From positions 256,001-320,000 of the forward strand of contig CAXXFV010000003.1 of NCBI GenBank assembly GCA_963674595.2: a stretch of DNA of 64,000 nt, given 5' to 3'. The stretch is from a bacterium (GTDB taxonomy: Bacteria > Zhuqueibacterota > Zhuqueibacteria > Residuimicrobiales > Krinioviventaceae). The notes beneath the pieces were generated by a model. It searched no databases and had not been told where the DNA came from. It saw only the letters and a program-made list of their open reading frames with translations. A program made the translations under genes and the position numbers. Positions within the stretch are counted from its first letter, which is position 1, and each line of letters starts with the position of its first letter. Positions 9,809 through 19,940 of the stretch are shown here, one piece after another.

Positions 9809-11641
9809 TTAAAAATTATAGATTAATTCCATTGTTGAATATCTGCCCGGCATGGGACAGTCCCACATTGTCTGGTACTCTTTATCCAGGGCGTTTTTAA
9901 CGCTGAATTTTAAACCCACGCCATGTGTTAAATTAAATGATGTAAAAATATTCAACAAAGAATAATTTGACATTGGATTTTGATGATTGTTATCACCATA
10001 CAGATCACGCACATAAATAAAATTAAAACCTGATCTGGCAAATAACCAATCGTAAGCAACGTATGTTGTTAATTTTTTACCGGGACTGTTTAGTGTTTCA
10101 TCCTGCAAATCAAGTTTTGACCAGGACGCGGAAAGGATCAGCTTTTCCACAGGATAACAATTTACACTGACTTCATAACCTGTATGATCAAATTCACCGG
10201 TGTTTACAAATTGCATTGGCGGTCCTTGCATTTGGATGAGGTTTGAACCTTTTGAGCGAAACAGGGCTGTTTCAATATTCAACCAATGATAAAGTTGTTT
10301 ACTCAAGCCGATCTCATAATTCCACATTCGTTCCGGTTCCAGTTCTTCATTTCTTGGAGGCATGACGTACAGTTCCCGAATAGAAGGGCTTCGAAATCCT
10401 TTAGCAGCAGATAAACGAACAGATGTACTATTGTTTATATGGTAAACCAACCCGGCTTTCGGTAATATTTCCGATCCATACAGTTCATGTTTTTCAAAAC
10501 GAACTCCTCCGGACAAAATAAACCGCTCATAAAAAAGCTGCTGCGTATGGATGTAAGGTGCGTATTCAACTACATTTTTCTCTGTATAATCAAGATAGGG
10601 ACTTTTGGTTACGGAATCTTCAGCATCACCCCCGTATTGTTTTATATCAAACCCGATTGTAGTACCGTTCCCTTTAAATAGTTTCATATTCTGGTAAAAC
10701 ATAACGCCGATGGTATGGTCCTTTGAACGCCAGCCGTCGTAAATTTTATGATCACCAAAATTACCATGCATTTTTAAATAAGAGTCACCCAATTTGCCGC
10801 TATGAGAGATCGTTACATCAGCGCCGGACCGTTGTAAATCATACCAATGATCTACATAAGGTGTTGTCTCTGTGCCTGGGTCCAAAAGATATAAATCTGT
10901 TAGATTGGCATTAAACTCAATCTGGGTAGCCGGATTAAGGTTGAGTCCGAAATGCGCCGTATAAAAATCACCTTCATAGTCTGATTCTTCACGATGCCCG
11001 TCGGTTTCATTACGTCCTGCCGTAACATGGTATTCAAAAATGCCACTTTTTCCACCATGGGCAACTCTGTAATTCCTGGTGTCAAAACTTCCCATACCGG
11101 CGGAAACCTGGGTGTTAAAGCCGTCTTCAGTTGATCTTTTAGAGACAATGTTAATAACGCCGCCCATGGCATTGGTGCCGTATAAAAATGAAGCCGGGCC
11201 ACGAACAACTTCAATACGTTCCACTCCATCCAGGGAATAGGCATCAGGAATCGGATGTCCCATCATTCCCATAATATCCGGGCGTCCGTCGCGCAATACC
11301 AGCACACCTGTAACCGGTGAACCACCAATACCACGAATGGAAATACCTCCCGCAGCACCTGACGAAACACCATATCCCATAACAGCACGCTCAGAGATAA
11401 AAACACCCGGAACGTTTTGAGTGACAAGATCAAATACAGAATTTGCTACCGAATTTTCTATTAGTTTTTCATCGATTACAGAAACACTCGCCGCAATGTC
11501 TTTTTGTACACCGGCAATTTTTGTTGCCGTAACAACGACCGGATTAAAACGATATTTTACGGAATCCTGGCTTTCAGTGCGGGCATAAAGCAAACCAACA
11601 CTAAAAACCAAAATAAAAGCACACAAACTCAATTTTTTCAT
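9809..11641 (-). CDS. TonB-dependent receptor (BtuB/CirA-like, probably nickel-related), no STN extension
   Basis: Signal peptide, PVVVTAT TonB box, ERIEVVRGPASFLYGTNAMGGVINI plug, C-terminal YNF. Confidence 0.93.
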   Translation of the reverse strand: MKKLSLCAFILVFSVGLLYARTESQDSVKYRFNPVVVTATKIAGVQKDIAASVSVIDEKLIENSVANSVFDLVTQNVPGVFISERAVMGYGVSSGAAGGISIRGIGGSPVTGVLVLRDGRPDIMGMMGHPIPDAYSLDGVERIEVVRGPASFLYGTNAMGGVINIVSKRSTEDGFNTQVSAGMGSFDTRNYRVAHGGKSGIFEYHVTAGRNETDGHREESDYEGDFYTAHFGLNLNPATQIEFNANLTDLYLLDPGTETTPYVDHWYDLQRSGADVTISHSGKLGDSYLKMHGNFGDHKIYDGWRSKDHTIGVMFYQNMKLFKGNGTTIGFDIKQYGGDAEDSVTKSPYLDYTEKNVVEYAPYIHTQQLFYERFILSGGVRFEKHELYGSEILPKAGLVYHINNSTSVRLSAAKGFRSPSIRELYVMPPRNEELEPERMWNYEIGLSKQLYHWLNIETALFRSKGSNLIQMQGPPMQFVNTGEFDHTGYEVSVNCYPVEKLILSASWSKLDLQDETLNSPGKKLTTYVAYDWLFARSGFNFIYVRDLYGDNNHQNPMSNYSLLNIFTSFNLTHGVGLKFSVKNALDKEYQTMWDCPMPGRYSTMELIYNF

Positions 11642-11661
11642 TCTAAAACTCCCACACGTAA

Positions 11662-12081
11662 CTATTTTAAATTTTTACCTGATAATGTTGTAACCAGTTT
11701 TCCATGCCGAACACCTTTCTGACCAATAAGTTCATCAGCAATATGACGAACATCCTTGGCTTTGCCGCGGACCGCTAAAACTTCCAGACAATTATCATGG
11801 TCCAAATGAATATGCATGGTCGACAAAATTTGGTGATGGTGTACGTGCTGCAAACTGGTCAATTTTTCTGAAGACTCGTGTTCATGGTGATTATAAATCA
11901 GCGTAACTGTACCAACAATTTCAGCTTCATCTTTTTCACACTCACTTTGTATCAAAGCCGCCCTTATTAAATCACGAATGGCCTCAGAACGATTTTGATA
12001 CTTTTTATCACGAATTAAATTATCAAATTCTTTTAACAAATTATCGTCAAGAGACATTCCAAATCGGGTTAAATTTCCCAT
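11662..12081 (-). CDS. nikR: Nickel-responsive transcriptional regulator NikR
   Basis: Ribbon-helix-helix RFGMSLD...[11 protein letters not shown]; [15 protein letters not shown] nickel site. Confidence 0.96.
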   Translation of the reverse strand: MGNLTRFGMSLDDNLLKEFDNLIRDKKYQNRSEAIRDLIRAALIQSECEKDEAEIVGTVTLIYNHHEHESSEKLTSLQHVHHHQILSTMHIHLDHDNCLEVLAVRGKAKDVRHIADELIGQKGVRHGKLVTTLSGKNLK

Positions 12082-12090
12082 TTGTCCTCC

Positions 12091-12138
12091 TGGTGTTACC
12101 TTTTTTAAAAAAGTAACACCAAAAAACTAGAAAATCAA
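12091..12138 (-). promoter_or_regulatory. NikR operator overlapping the nikR sigma70 promoter
   Basis: Perfect inverted repeat TGGTGTTAC-N13-GTAACACCA (12091-12121); minus-strand TTGATT-17-TACTTT promoter whose -10 (12110-12115) overlaps one half-site. Confidence 0.88.
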
Positions 12139-12166
12139 GTCCTTTTTATATTTTTATGAAAAAAAT

Positions 12167-13453
12167 TCAGATAAAAAGAAGGCTGGCAAAAGTTACAGTA
12201 GAATTTTGTTGGTCCATAACAGCAGACCCATAATCGAGAAAATATCCCCGGTTTGCCTGGATGAGTTCCAGTAAAACGGTTAATGCCGAATAGCCGCAAA
12301 CACGAAAAGTATTATTGTTTTGGTGAAATAATTTTTGCATTCCGTTCTGGTCCAGTCGACACAAATGCCGGATTATTTCCTGGTCGTTTTTTTCCACCCT
12401 GGCCAAAAAATCAGCATCAGGTGCTTCGGAATCACCATAGCTCGGGCCGATGTGTGAAAAATCAACACTGGCAACAAAACATATCGAGCCATTAAAAGAG
12501 GCCAGAGTTTTTTTCAAAATTTTGAGAAAATTTTGAAAATTTAATCCGGCGTCGTTTGCATGACCATTAAAAATTCCATGAGAAAAAGAGGTTAAAATTG
12601 GCAGAATTGAAAATTCTTTAGAAATATGGTGTTTTAAAAATATGGTTTGAAATTCAATACTGTGTTCATCCCGATGCGCAAGTTCATCTTCAAGATAACA
12701 TTCGCCGCCGTTTTTGACAAACTCGCTGATCAGGTTTTTATTAACAGGCACTGTTCCCAACGGTGTGTAAAAATCATGCCGGGTTATGGAAAACATATTT
12801 TGTAATCCCTGGTGCCCTATTCCCAAAATCACATACAAATCTGCCTGTTGAATATGGGGAAAAACTTTATAGGCGGAAGCATAGGTCTTTGCGCCTAACC
12901 GGAGATCAATATGCGGCACCACAAGTCCGGACACATGCTTTTTCCTGATCTTATCCAGTATTTCAGAATCGATTGAAGCTGCTTTGTGCCATGACTGTAT
13001 ATCACGGTCTAAATCTTTCTGATCACTGGAATAACTGCTCCCGGCACAAACCGGGTATCGAAAGGGTTGATTTCGGTATTTGGTAATTATCGATTTCAGC
13101 TTGTTTTGAAACCTGGTATTATCAATATAAAATTCTTCATCAAGCTTGCTTATCATATCCATTAAACGGTCTCTGGTCAGCGCAGCACCAAACTTTGTTT
13201 CATATTCCGATTGTATGGAAGCAAAAGAAGTTGAACCATTGAAAAATCGCAACAGGTAAAACAGGTCCTGTGGAAGATAAATATTTCTCTCAGAAACACT
13301 TTGCGTGTCACGCAGGGCAATATATAAATTACCATTATCATCCTGCACAGGATAAGGTTCTATTGTGGTTCTTATTTTGGGTGCAAAGTTTTTCGAAACC
13401 GTGTTAAGGTTTTCATGATATGAATTGTGTTCTTTATCCAAAAAATCATCCAT
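12167..13453 (-). CDS. amrB: AmmeMemoRadiSam system protein B (MEMO1 family) with N-terminal extension
   Basis: AGSSY, VVPHID, GIGH, TPLG, EHSIEFQ, ASVDFSHIGP, VCG motifs. Confidence 0.87.
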   Translation of the reverse strand: MDDFLDKEHNSYHENLNTVSKNFAPKIRTTIEPYPVQDDNGNLYIALRDTQSVSERNIYLPQDLFYLLRFFNGSTSFASIQSEYETKFGAALTRDRLMDMISKLDEEFYIDNTRFQNKLKSIITKYRNQPFRYPVCAGSSYSSDQKDLDRDIQSWHKAASIDSEILDKIRKKHVSGLVVPHIDLRLGAKTYASAYKVFPHIQQADLYVILGIGHQGLQNMFSITRHDFYTPLGTVPVNKNLISEFVKNGGECYLEDELAHRDEHSIEFQTIFLKHHISKEFSILPILTSFSHGIFNGHANDAGLNFQNFLKILKKTLASFNGSICFVASVDFSHIGPSYGDSEAPDADFLARVEKNDQEIIRHLCRLDQNGMQKLFHQNNNTFRVCGYSALTVLLELIQANRGYFLDYGSAVMDQQNSTVTFASLLFI

Positions 13454-14673
13454 TAGTAAAGTAAATATTTCTGTCGCATTTGTTTAAATTTTTCCACATC
13501 GCGGTCACTTGTTTCCAATACAGTTGATATAGACTTGCCATCTTTTATCGCTTTTACCAAATCATCATTTCCGGCCAGGAGATTAAACCACCGTTCATCA
13601 AACCTGAATTCGTCAGGAAACAAGGAATATAACACATATATTAATGAAATGCCAAACCGAACAGATAAAAATTGTTCCGCATTTGTTACTTGCAGCATTA
13701 ATCCATAACAGCGTTGATCTAAATATTTTGGATTCGAACTCATCCCGGGAATGGATTTTGGTACGAATGAGGTTGTATCAAACGCTATTCCTTTATTTTT
13801 GATCTTTAGCATCTCATTTTTTAAAATGGAGGCATCTATCCACGGTGCACCGATTTTAACAAACGGCTGTCTTGTTCCCCTCCCCTCAGAGACATTAGTC
13901 CCTTCCAGAAAAGCCATTCCGGGATATACCAGCGCTGAAGAAAACTGTGGAATATTTGGAGAAGGCGCTGTCCACTCTGTTTGCCAATCGGGCCAAAAAT
14001 GCTTTCGCTGCCAACCGTTTATTTTAATAACCTGCAAATCGACTTGGCCAGTTTTCAGCCATCCTTCGTTATTAAACATGGTTGCCAGTTCTCCAACCGT
14101 CATACCATGACGGACAGGAATGGCGTGCATCCCGACAAAGGATTTAAATTGCGGTATCAACATCGGACCTTCAACAATAATACCGCCCAAAGGATTTGGA
14201 CGGTCCAGAACCACAAAAGGAATATTCTGTTCAGCAGCAGCCTCCATCGCAAGCGACATGGTGCTGATATAGGTATAAAATCTGGCTCCAATGTCCTGAA
14301 TATCAAAAACCAGGACGTCAATATTTCGCAACATATCAGGCAATGGCTTTTTAGTACTACCATACAAACTAAAGATTGGTATACCTTTTTCGGTCAAATC
14401 GGAATTGAAAATAGTATCACCATTTTCTTTTGTCCCCTCTAGTCCATGTTCCGGTGAAAATAATGCGGCAAGATTTATTGTTGTTGATTCCAGGAAAACG
14501 TCAATTATATGGCGCGAGTCTGTAGTGATTGCCGTATGATTTGTAATTAAACCAACATTTTTACCTTTTAAAGCTGAAAAATCTTGTTTCACAAGTTTAT
14601 CCAATCCTGTTTCCAGCGGATAAACGATTCGGCAAAAAAGCAGTAGATAAAAAAGAATAAAAAAACGACTCAT
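13453..14673 (-). CDS. namZ: Exo-beta-N-acetylmuramidase NamZ (DUF1343)
   Basis: GLITNHT, FSPEHG, FDIQDIGARFYTY, LDRPNP, RHGMTVGELA, PSPNIP, SEGRGT. Confidence 0.9.
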   Translation of the reverse strand: MSRFFILFYLLLFCRIVYPLETGLDKLVKQDFSALKGKNVGLITNHTAITTDSRHIIDVFLESTTINLAALFSPEHGLEGTKENGDTIFNSDLTEKGIPIFSLYGSTKKPLPDMLRNIDVLVFDIQDIGARFYTYISTMSLAMEAAAEQNIPFVVLDRPNPLGGIIVEGPMLIPQFKSFVGMHAIPVRHGMTVGELATMFNNEGWLKTGQVDLQVIKINGWQRKHFWPDWQTEWTAPSPNIPQFSSALVYPGMAFLEGTNVSEGRGTRQPFVKIGAPWIDASILKNEMLKIKNKGIAFDTTSFVPKSIPGMSSNPKYLDQRCYGLMLQVTNAEQFLSVRFGISLIYVLYSLFPDEFRFDERWFNLLAGNDDLVKAIKDGKSISTVLETSDRDVEKFKQMRQKYLLY

Positions 14674-14685
14674 TATTATGACAAT

Positions 14686-16683
14686 CTAATCGGCTTCCAG
14701 ATTTTGCCGGCGTGGTTCTAGCGATGCAATTTTGGGAATGGAAATGATTTCGCCAGGCTGTAACTTGTCGAGGTCTTTATCTTTATTAGTATGATATAAT
14801 AACCAACAGGGAATATTAAATTTTTGATAACATAATTTCCAAACATTGTCCCCGTTTTTAATATTATATTTTTGATAGCCTAAAAACTTGTAACTATTAA
14901 AAAACCTCGTTTGAATTGTTTTGTGATATTCAATCCGGCGCTCATGGAACTTTTGACTCTCCACGTTATCAAATGTCAGCTTTAACCGTTGTCCGACACG
15001 AATATTTTGATTCAGATGCAAATGATTTAACTGACGAAGTGTTTGTGCAGAAACATCCAGCCACTCGGCAAAATGCCCCAATGTTTCATCAGGTTCTACG
15101 ATAATCCTGTCATTATCAGGAGGCGCAAAATCCAAATTAAAATTCCATACCAGGGAATCAACAGCGTTTCTTAGATAACTGGTATCTGTAATAGCAACAA
15201 CAGGCAGTGTTTGTTTGGACCTTCCTGCCTCCGATGGCAAAATATTGCGCTGGGCTACTTGTACATCAGGCTGGTTTGCCTCTTCATTTTGTGATTTTTG
15301 TTGCTTATTATCAGCAAGGTTTGATTTTTGGGGATTATTGTGTTGATTTGGGATTTCCAAAACCTGGCCGATTTTAATCAAATCAGGATCAGTAATATCA
15401 TTATACACCAAAAGTTCATCTATTGTCGTCCCGCTTCGCTTTGCGATTGATGCCAAATTATCACCGGGTTGAATGCTGTATACATCACCAGCAATCTGTT
15501 TCTTACTTTTTGTGGTTTTACCGAGTTGAGCATACAAGGCAGCCGGGTCAAACTGGTCTACGATTGGGAGATTCATCGTATATCCCTTGGGTATACAACG
15601 TCTGGAGGCTCTGATGCGAGAGCGAAAACCGGGGTTATACTCTATTAAAACATTTTTGTCGATACCGAAACAATTGGCCAACGTGCTCAAATAAACATAA
15701 TCCGGTATAACAAAACGCTGAATTTCAATGGGAGGATCAAACGTTAATTCCCCGAAAAGTTCTTTATAATTTTGGGCAACCTGTGTAGCAGCGATAAATT
15801 CAGCATAAAAATTCCGTGATGCAAAACCAAAAGAACGGCTTTTATACTCGTCGTAAATCACACCAAAATCGCTTGTGTTCAATTGCGCCTGGGCACGTTT
15901 CATTCCAGCCAATCCATGATTATAGGCTGTAATCGCCAAGGGCCAGGAGCCTAATTCTTCATAGTTTTTTTTCAATAATCTGGCAGCAGCATCTGTAGAA
16001 TGAAACGGATCACTTCGTTCGTCAATAATGCTGTTAACCTTCATAAAAAGGCGGCCGGTCCCTCTGGTAAATTGCCATAATCCGGAAGCCCCCATTTTGG
16101 AATAAGCTGTGTGGTTAAAAGAAGACTCTACATGTGGCAAATAACCTAATTCAACAGGTAAATTATATTTCTCAAAAATCTTTTCAATTTCGTGCATATA
16201 ACGACCTGAACGAATAATACCTTCCTTGAAACGATTTTTTAGTCCTTTCTGGCCCCTGATATTTTCCATGGCGATGTTATATTTTTTAGGTTTGTCAATT
16301 CCCTGCCATAGATAAAAAACAAATCGTTCTTTATCAGTTAAACTCTTGGGATCCACCAAACTATTATATTTTGAGAGTTTTTTAAGGATATCACAATACT
16401 CTTTTTTTACATCTTCAACTTTTTCCCATTTTTTATGAAAGCTGATATTATTATCAGAGTAATTGTCCAAAGTGATGACATCATATATTATATCCAGGTT
16501 TTCACTATCATGAATAACAACCTGACTGTCTGCATAAAAACTGAATATTTTTACCCAAAAATCGATATTTTTTTCAATTCGCCGGGGAATTTCAAAAACA
16601 TTCTCTTGTGTAAAACCAGCTTGAATCATAAAAAGAATGAATAATGCAGAAAAAATATAAATTCGTCGTAATCCCTTTGTCAT
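14686..16683 (-). CDS. Lytic murein transglycosylase with LysM repeats (MltD-like)
   Basis: LPHVESSF, GASGLWQF, AITAYNHG SLT motifs; several LysM domains. Confidence 0.9.
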   Translation of the reverse strand: MTKGLRRIYIFSALFILFMIQAGFTQENVFEIPRRIEKNIDFWVKIFSFYADSQVVIHDSENLDIIYDVITLDNYSDNNISFHKKWEKVEDVKKEYCDILKKLSKYNSLVDPKSLTDKERFVFYLWQGIDKPKKYNIAMENIRGQKGLKNRFKEGIIRSGRYMHEIEKIFEKYNLPVELGYLPHVESSFNHTAYSKMGASGLWQFTRGTGRLFMKVNSIIDERSDPFHSTDAAARLLKKNYEELGSWPLAITAYNHGLAGMKRAQAQLNTSDFGVIYDEYKSRSFGFASRNFYAEFIAATQVAQNYKELFGELTFDPPIEIQRFVIPDYVYLSTLANCFGIDKNVLIEYNPGFRSRIRASRRCIPKGYTMNLPIVDQFDPAALYAQLGKTTKSKKQIAGDVYSIQPGDNLASIAKRSGTTIDELLVYNDITDPDLIKIGQVLEIPNQHNNPQKSNLADNKQQKSQNEEANQPDVQVAQRNILPSEAGRSKQTLPVVAITDTSYLRNAVDSLVWNFNLDFAPPDNDRIIVEPDETLGHFAEWLDVSAQTLRQLNHLHLNQNIRVGQRLKLTFDNVESQKFHERRIEYHKTIQTRFFNSYKFLGYQKYNIKNGDNVWKLCYQKFNIPCWLLYHTNKDKDLDKLQPGEIISIPKIASLEPRRQNLEAD

Positions 16684-16860
16684 TCCTTAGGCTCTCCCAA
16701 CTCCGCCACAAAATATATGGTTAAAATGTTTACTTTTATTATGGCTCAAATGAAACATACTATGTCCCAAAAGATACATAATCTACCGGTTCATCAACAC
16801 AATAAAGCCAATAATAACAACACCATAAGATTTTCTATAGAGAAATCTTTTCCCCCTTAA

Positions 16861-16877
16861 TGCAAAAATTTTGCCAA
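16861..16877 (-). promoter_or_regulatory. Putative sigma54 (-24/-12) promoter for the mltD-namZ-amrB operon
   Basis: Minus strand TTGGCAAAATTTTTGCA = GG-N10-GC. Confidence 0.55.
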
Positions 16878-16898
16878 TTTATAGGTCGTATCTAGGCG

Positions 16899-17372
16899 TT
16901 ATTTATCAGGTCCATCAATATCCAGTTCATCCCAATCTTCAGTGTTCTTCATCAGGAACAACTCGATCAGATTAGGATTTATTCGGACAATATTTAACAC
17001 AACTTTAAGCAATTCATCTTTGGTCATTTTTTCTATTTCACGCAATTTGTTCCCAACATCTACAAAATCGTCTCCGTCATTAACCCATGCATACAATAAG
17101 GAAATACCATGAACGCATAATTTACGGGAGTGACCACAGGAACAATTGCTCATCAACTCTTTATCCTGCAAGGTTACGTCAACATCATAGGATTCAAAAT
17201 AGTTTCCTACCCTTCCGGAAAGCTTGTTGCGAAAAACGGCTGCCCGGCTTACCTGGATGGAATCATAATATGGTAAAGCCTCACCATCTGTAACCTGGGC
17301 ATCAAACGCTTTGACTTGCTCAAAATCAAGTTCTTTTAATTCCGAATAAATATCGTCGTTAAATGTTTTCAT
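16899..17372 (-). CDS. SWIM zinc-finger protein
   Basis: GRVGN...YDVDV...CSCGHSRKLCVH (CxC-x5-CxH). Confidence 0.78.
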   Translation of the reverse strand: MKTFNDDIYSELKELDFEQVKAFDAQVTDGEALPYYDSIQVSRAAVFRNKLSGRVGNYFESYDVDVTLQDKELMSNCSCGHSRKLCVHGISLLYAWVNDGDDFVDVGNKLREIEKMTKDELLKVVLNIVRINPNLIELFLMKNTEDWDELDIDGPDK

Positions 17373-17400
17373 AATATTTTATATCTTTTTCTATAAAAAA

Positions 17401-18336
17401 CTAGTTTGAATAAAATTTTTCCATTTTAATTTTTCGTTTTTTTATTTCATCCAGCTCTTTTTTTGCCAGTTTTCCAAATTGGCTGTCCGGTTCTTTTTCT
17501 ACGGCCAGTTCCATTTCTTCAATGGCATTTGTATATTCGTTTTTATCTTTTTTATTATAGGTTAATCCCATATAGTAATGAGGTTCGGCACGTTCTGGGA
17601 ACAGAGAGGCTGCATAACCAAATTCTACAATAGCGTCCCACAATGTTTTATTTCTTTTACCGCTTTTATAAAAATTTCTTCCATTAGCAATATGTAACAG
17701 ATATTTCGCCTGTTTATGGTCCGGTTTTTCTTCAAGGGCTTTGGTAAAAATGTCAATCGCTTTTTTAAACTGTTTTTTATCCAGGGCCTTTTGCCCGGCT
17801 ATTATTTCATTTTCGGCCAACTCCTGACGCTTAACAATATTGTCTAATTTTTTCATTAGATTGGTTGAATCAGGTGACAATTCCAGGGCTCTGTTATACT
17901 TAATAACAGCCAAGTCATGCTTTCCCCGATTAAATAAAGCATCACCTGTTTTTTCGATAATTTTATAATTCAGACTATCATAGGCCAGGGCTTCTTGGTA
18001 TTGCTTTTGTGCCTCAACATATTGTTTATTCTTTTGTAATTGATCACCCAACTGGCTCAAAAGATTTGTGATGTTGTTTAAAACATACTTTTCCTGAGGT
18101 TTTAAGACATTTGCTTTTTTAAAGGCAAAAACAGCACTATCCGTTTTTTCGATTTTTTTATAAGCTTTTCCCAAAAGCACAAAAGCCTCAAAGTCAGTAG
18201 AATCTTTTTCTACGGCAGCCCGGCAAAGCGATATAGTACTATTGAAATTATTTTCATCAAATTGTTTCTGTGCGTTATTCAAATGTCCACAACTAAATAT
18301 AAACAGTATAAAAAGTATTGTTATAAACCGATTCAT
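17401..18336 (-). CDS. Tetratricopeptide-repeat lipoprotein
   Basis: Lipobox IFSC; multiple TPR-like helical repeats. Confidence 0.85.
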   Translation of the reverse strand: MNRFITILFILFIFSCGHLNNAQKQFDENNFNSTISLCRAAVEKDSTDFEAFVLLGKAYKKIEKTDSAVFAFKKANVLKPQEKYVLNNITNLLSQLGDQLQKNKQYVEAQKQYQEALAYDSLNYKIIEKTGDALFNRGKHDLAVIKYNRALELSPDSTNLMKKLDNIVKRQELAENEIIAGQKALDKKQFKKAIDIFTKALEEKPDHKQAKYLLHIANGRNFYKSGKRNKTLWDAIVEFGYAASLFPERAEPHYYMGLTYNKKDKNEYTNAIEEMELAVEKEPDSQFGKLAKKELDEIKKRKIKMEKFYSN

Positions 18337-18539
18337 TATTTTCCTTCATTTTAATTCAGATTTACGCGAAAATTAATATAAAACAAAAACAAGTAAGAAG
18401 CAATTACTAATCAGTCATCAAATGAATCCACAATCATTTTTCGATGGTAATACCAGACAAGGAATGGATGATATGTTTCAATATTTGAAGCCTATTTCTC
18501 TTTTAAACCCGAAATTTTTAATATTAATAATTCTCCCGG

Positions 18540-19493
18540 CTATTTCAGAGAATATTTTAAAATGATTATATCTTCAAGCGCCTCATAATGACGAATTCCA
18601 AGATCATTCCAATTCACGTTGCCCATTTGACTGTTAGCCAGGCAATATAGATCATTCTTATGGATAACCAAAGTCGTTGGTATGTTGAAATGAGGATTGT
18701 TTTGATCAATAATCTCCATTTTGCTAATTTTGGTGCCGGTTTCATCAAGGAAATACCTGGCTATTTTCCATTCGCTCTTGTCTTTTACTTCGTTTTGTAT
18801 ACCTATTATGCTATTTTTATAATACTTGATCCCGTCCAGACCGGTCGAATTTATTAAACCGGCAGGCTCATTAACTATTTGGCGATTTTCAATGTCAATC
18901 ACCCGAATTCCATACTCAGTGGAGGCAATGTAAAGATATTTAAAATCCATGGAAATCGTTATACCATTGGGATGTAAAATTTGGTCACCGTCAAAAAATA
19001 TTGTAACCGAATCGGTTTCCTGACTAATTTTATAAACGGTTTGTTTATTAGTGTTTGTAAAATAAACATCTCCCCTTTCATCCTGAACAAGGTCATTATA
19101 AATATTTTGCAATGAATCACTCATTGAATAAGATTTTAATAATTTCCCGGATAAAAGGTCAAATTTTAAAACAGCCGATATATAGGTAGAATCATTGGTC
19201 AAATTTCCGCAAGCCCACAGATGTTTTCGATTATCATCTACAATCATACCTAAAAATCGCATACCAGACATATCTGAAGACGTAAAATCTTGAAATTTCC
19301 CGGTTTTAGCATCAATTTTAATAATTTTTGCTTTTACAAGACTACCAAGATAAAATGAATTTGTTGTTTTAGAAAATGTAATTCCTTCGGGAATTAAATC
19401 CTTTTCGGAAATTTTATAGGCAATTGTTCCCTTTTCGGGACTACAAAAGAGCAAAAAAACAGTACAAATAATTGTTCCTAATATATTTTTCAT
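18540..19493 (-). CDS. SMP-30/gluconolactonase/LRE-like beta-propeller, probable lipoprotein
   Basis: LIPEGI, YNDLVQD..GDVYFT, PNGI, GLDGI, PTT repeats; LLFC lipobox. Confidence 0.8.
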   Translation of the reverse strand: MKNILGTIICTVFLLFCSPEKGTIAYKISEKDLIPEGITFSKTTNSFYLGSLVKAKIIKIDAKTGKFQDFTSSDMSGMRFLGMIVDDNRKHLWACGNLTNDSTYISAVLKFDLLSGKLLKSYSMSDSLQNIYNDLVQDERGDVYFTNTNKQTVYKISQETDSVTIFFDGDQILHPNGITISMDFKYLYIASTEYGIRVIDIENRQIVNEPAGLINSTGLDGIKYYKNSIIGIQNEVKDKSEWKIARYFLDETGTKISKMEIIDQNNPHFNIPTTLVIHKNDLYCLANSQMGNVNWNDLGIRHYEALEDIIILKYSLK

Positions 19494-19760
19494 ATCTTAT
19501 CCTTTTTAAAGATGCATAAACGTTTTAACAAAACATAGACGTTTAAATATCCATTATAAATCAATTTTTAAAATGAAAAGGATTATTTTAATACTTGTAT
19601 ATTGATTTTTATGCAATCTTGAACATATAATTCTATTTGACAAAATGTAGAAAATCCCTTAAAAAAACGATATATACTACCCATATATTTTTAAAATATA
19701 GACATTTAAATAGAAGAGCCTGAATTGTATGAAAATGAAAGGATTTTAATAAAATAATAC

Positions 19761-19940
19761 AAAAAAATGCCGAGCCATCCATAATGGCGCCGGGTTTAGG
19801 GGGGTTACCGGAAACCGAGGATGCTCGGCGTGATATTATTAAGCCGTCCTGGTAGCTGGCTAGGGGGGTCACCAGATACCGGGGAGGGACGCTCAATAAT
19901 ATTTCATCTTTTAAATTTGGTCGGCATTATTTAAAAGACG
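19761..19940 (-). ncRNA. Candidate structured sRNA with two CCCCCCUA-loop hairpins (6C-like)
   Basis: GC-rich island; TAGGGGGGT at 19797-19805 and 19861-19869, each in a stem loop; last stem followed by U7; upstream TTGTAA-17-TATTTT. Confidence 0.6.

Noticed and set aside
18422-18565. 47-aa plus-strand ORF containing FFDGNTRQG, reminiscent of the Fic motif
   Set aside because: Lacks the catalytic His-Pro, has no RBS, and overlaps the convergent gene end; at best a decayed fragment
8078-19542. Shared 10-mer ACGTCTATGT (minus strand) upstream of fecR (8078-8087) and the beta-propeller gene (19533-19542), ECF -10-like
   Set aside because: The corresponding -35 regions do not match; not enough to claim a shared regulon
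19633-19896. 87-aa minus-strand ORF
   Set aside because: TTG start without RBS, runs through the structured RNA candidate and its U-tract; atypical composition
19761-19940. 6S RNA interpretation of the ~180-nt structured element
   Set aside because: It folds as three local hairpins; the 5' and 3' ends do not pair into the single long 6S rod
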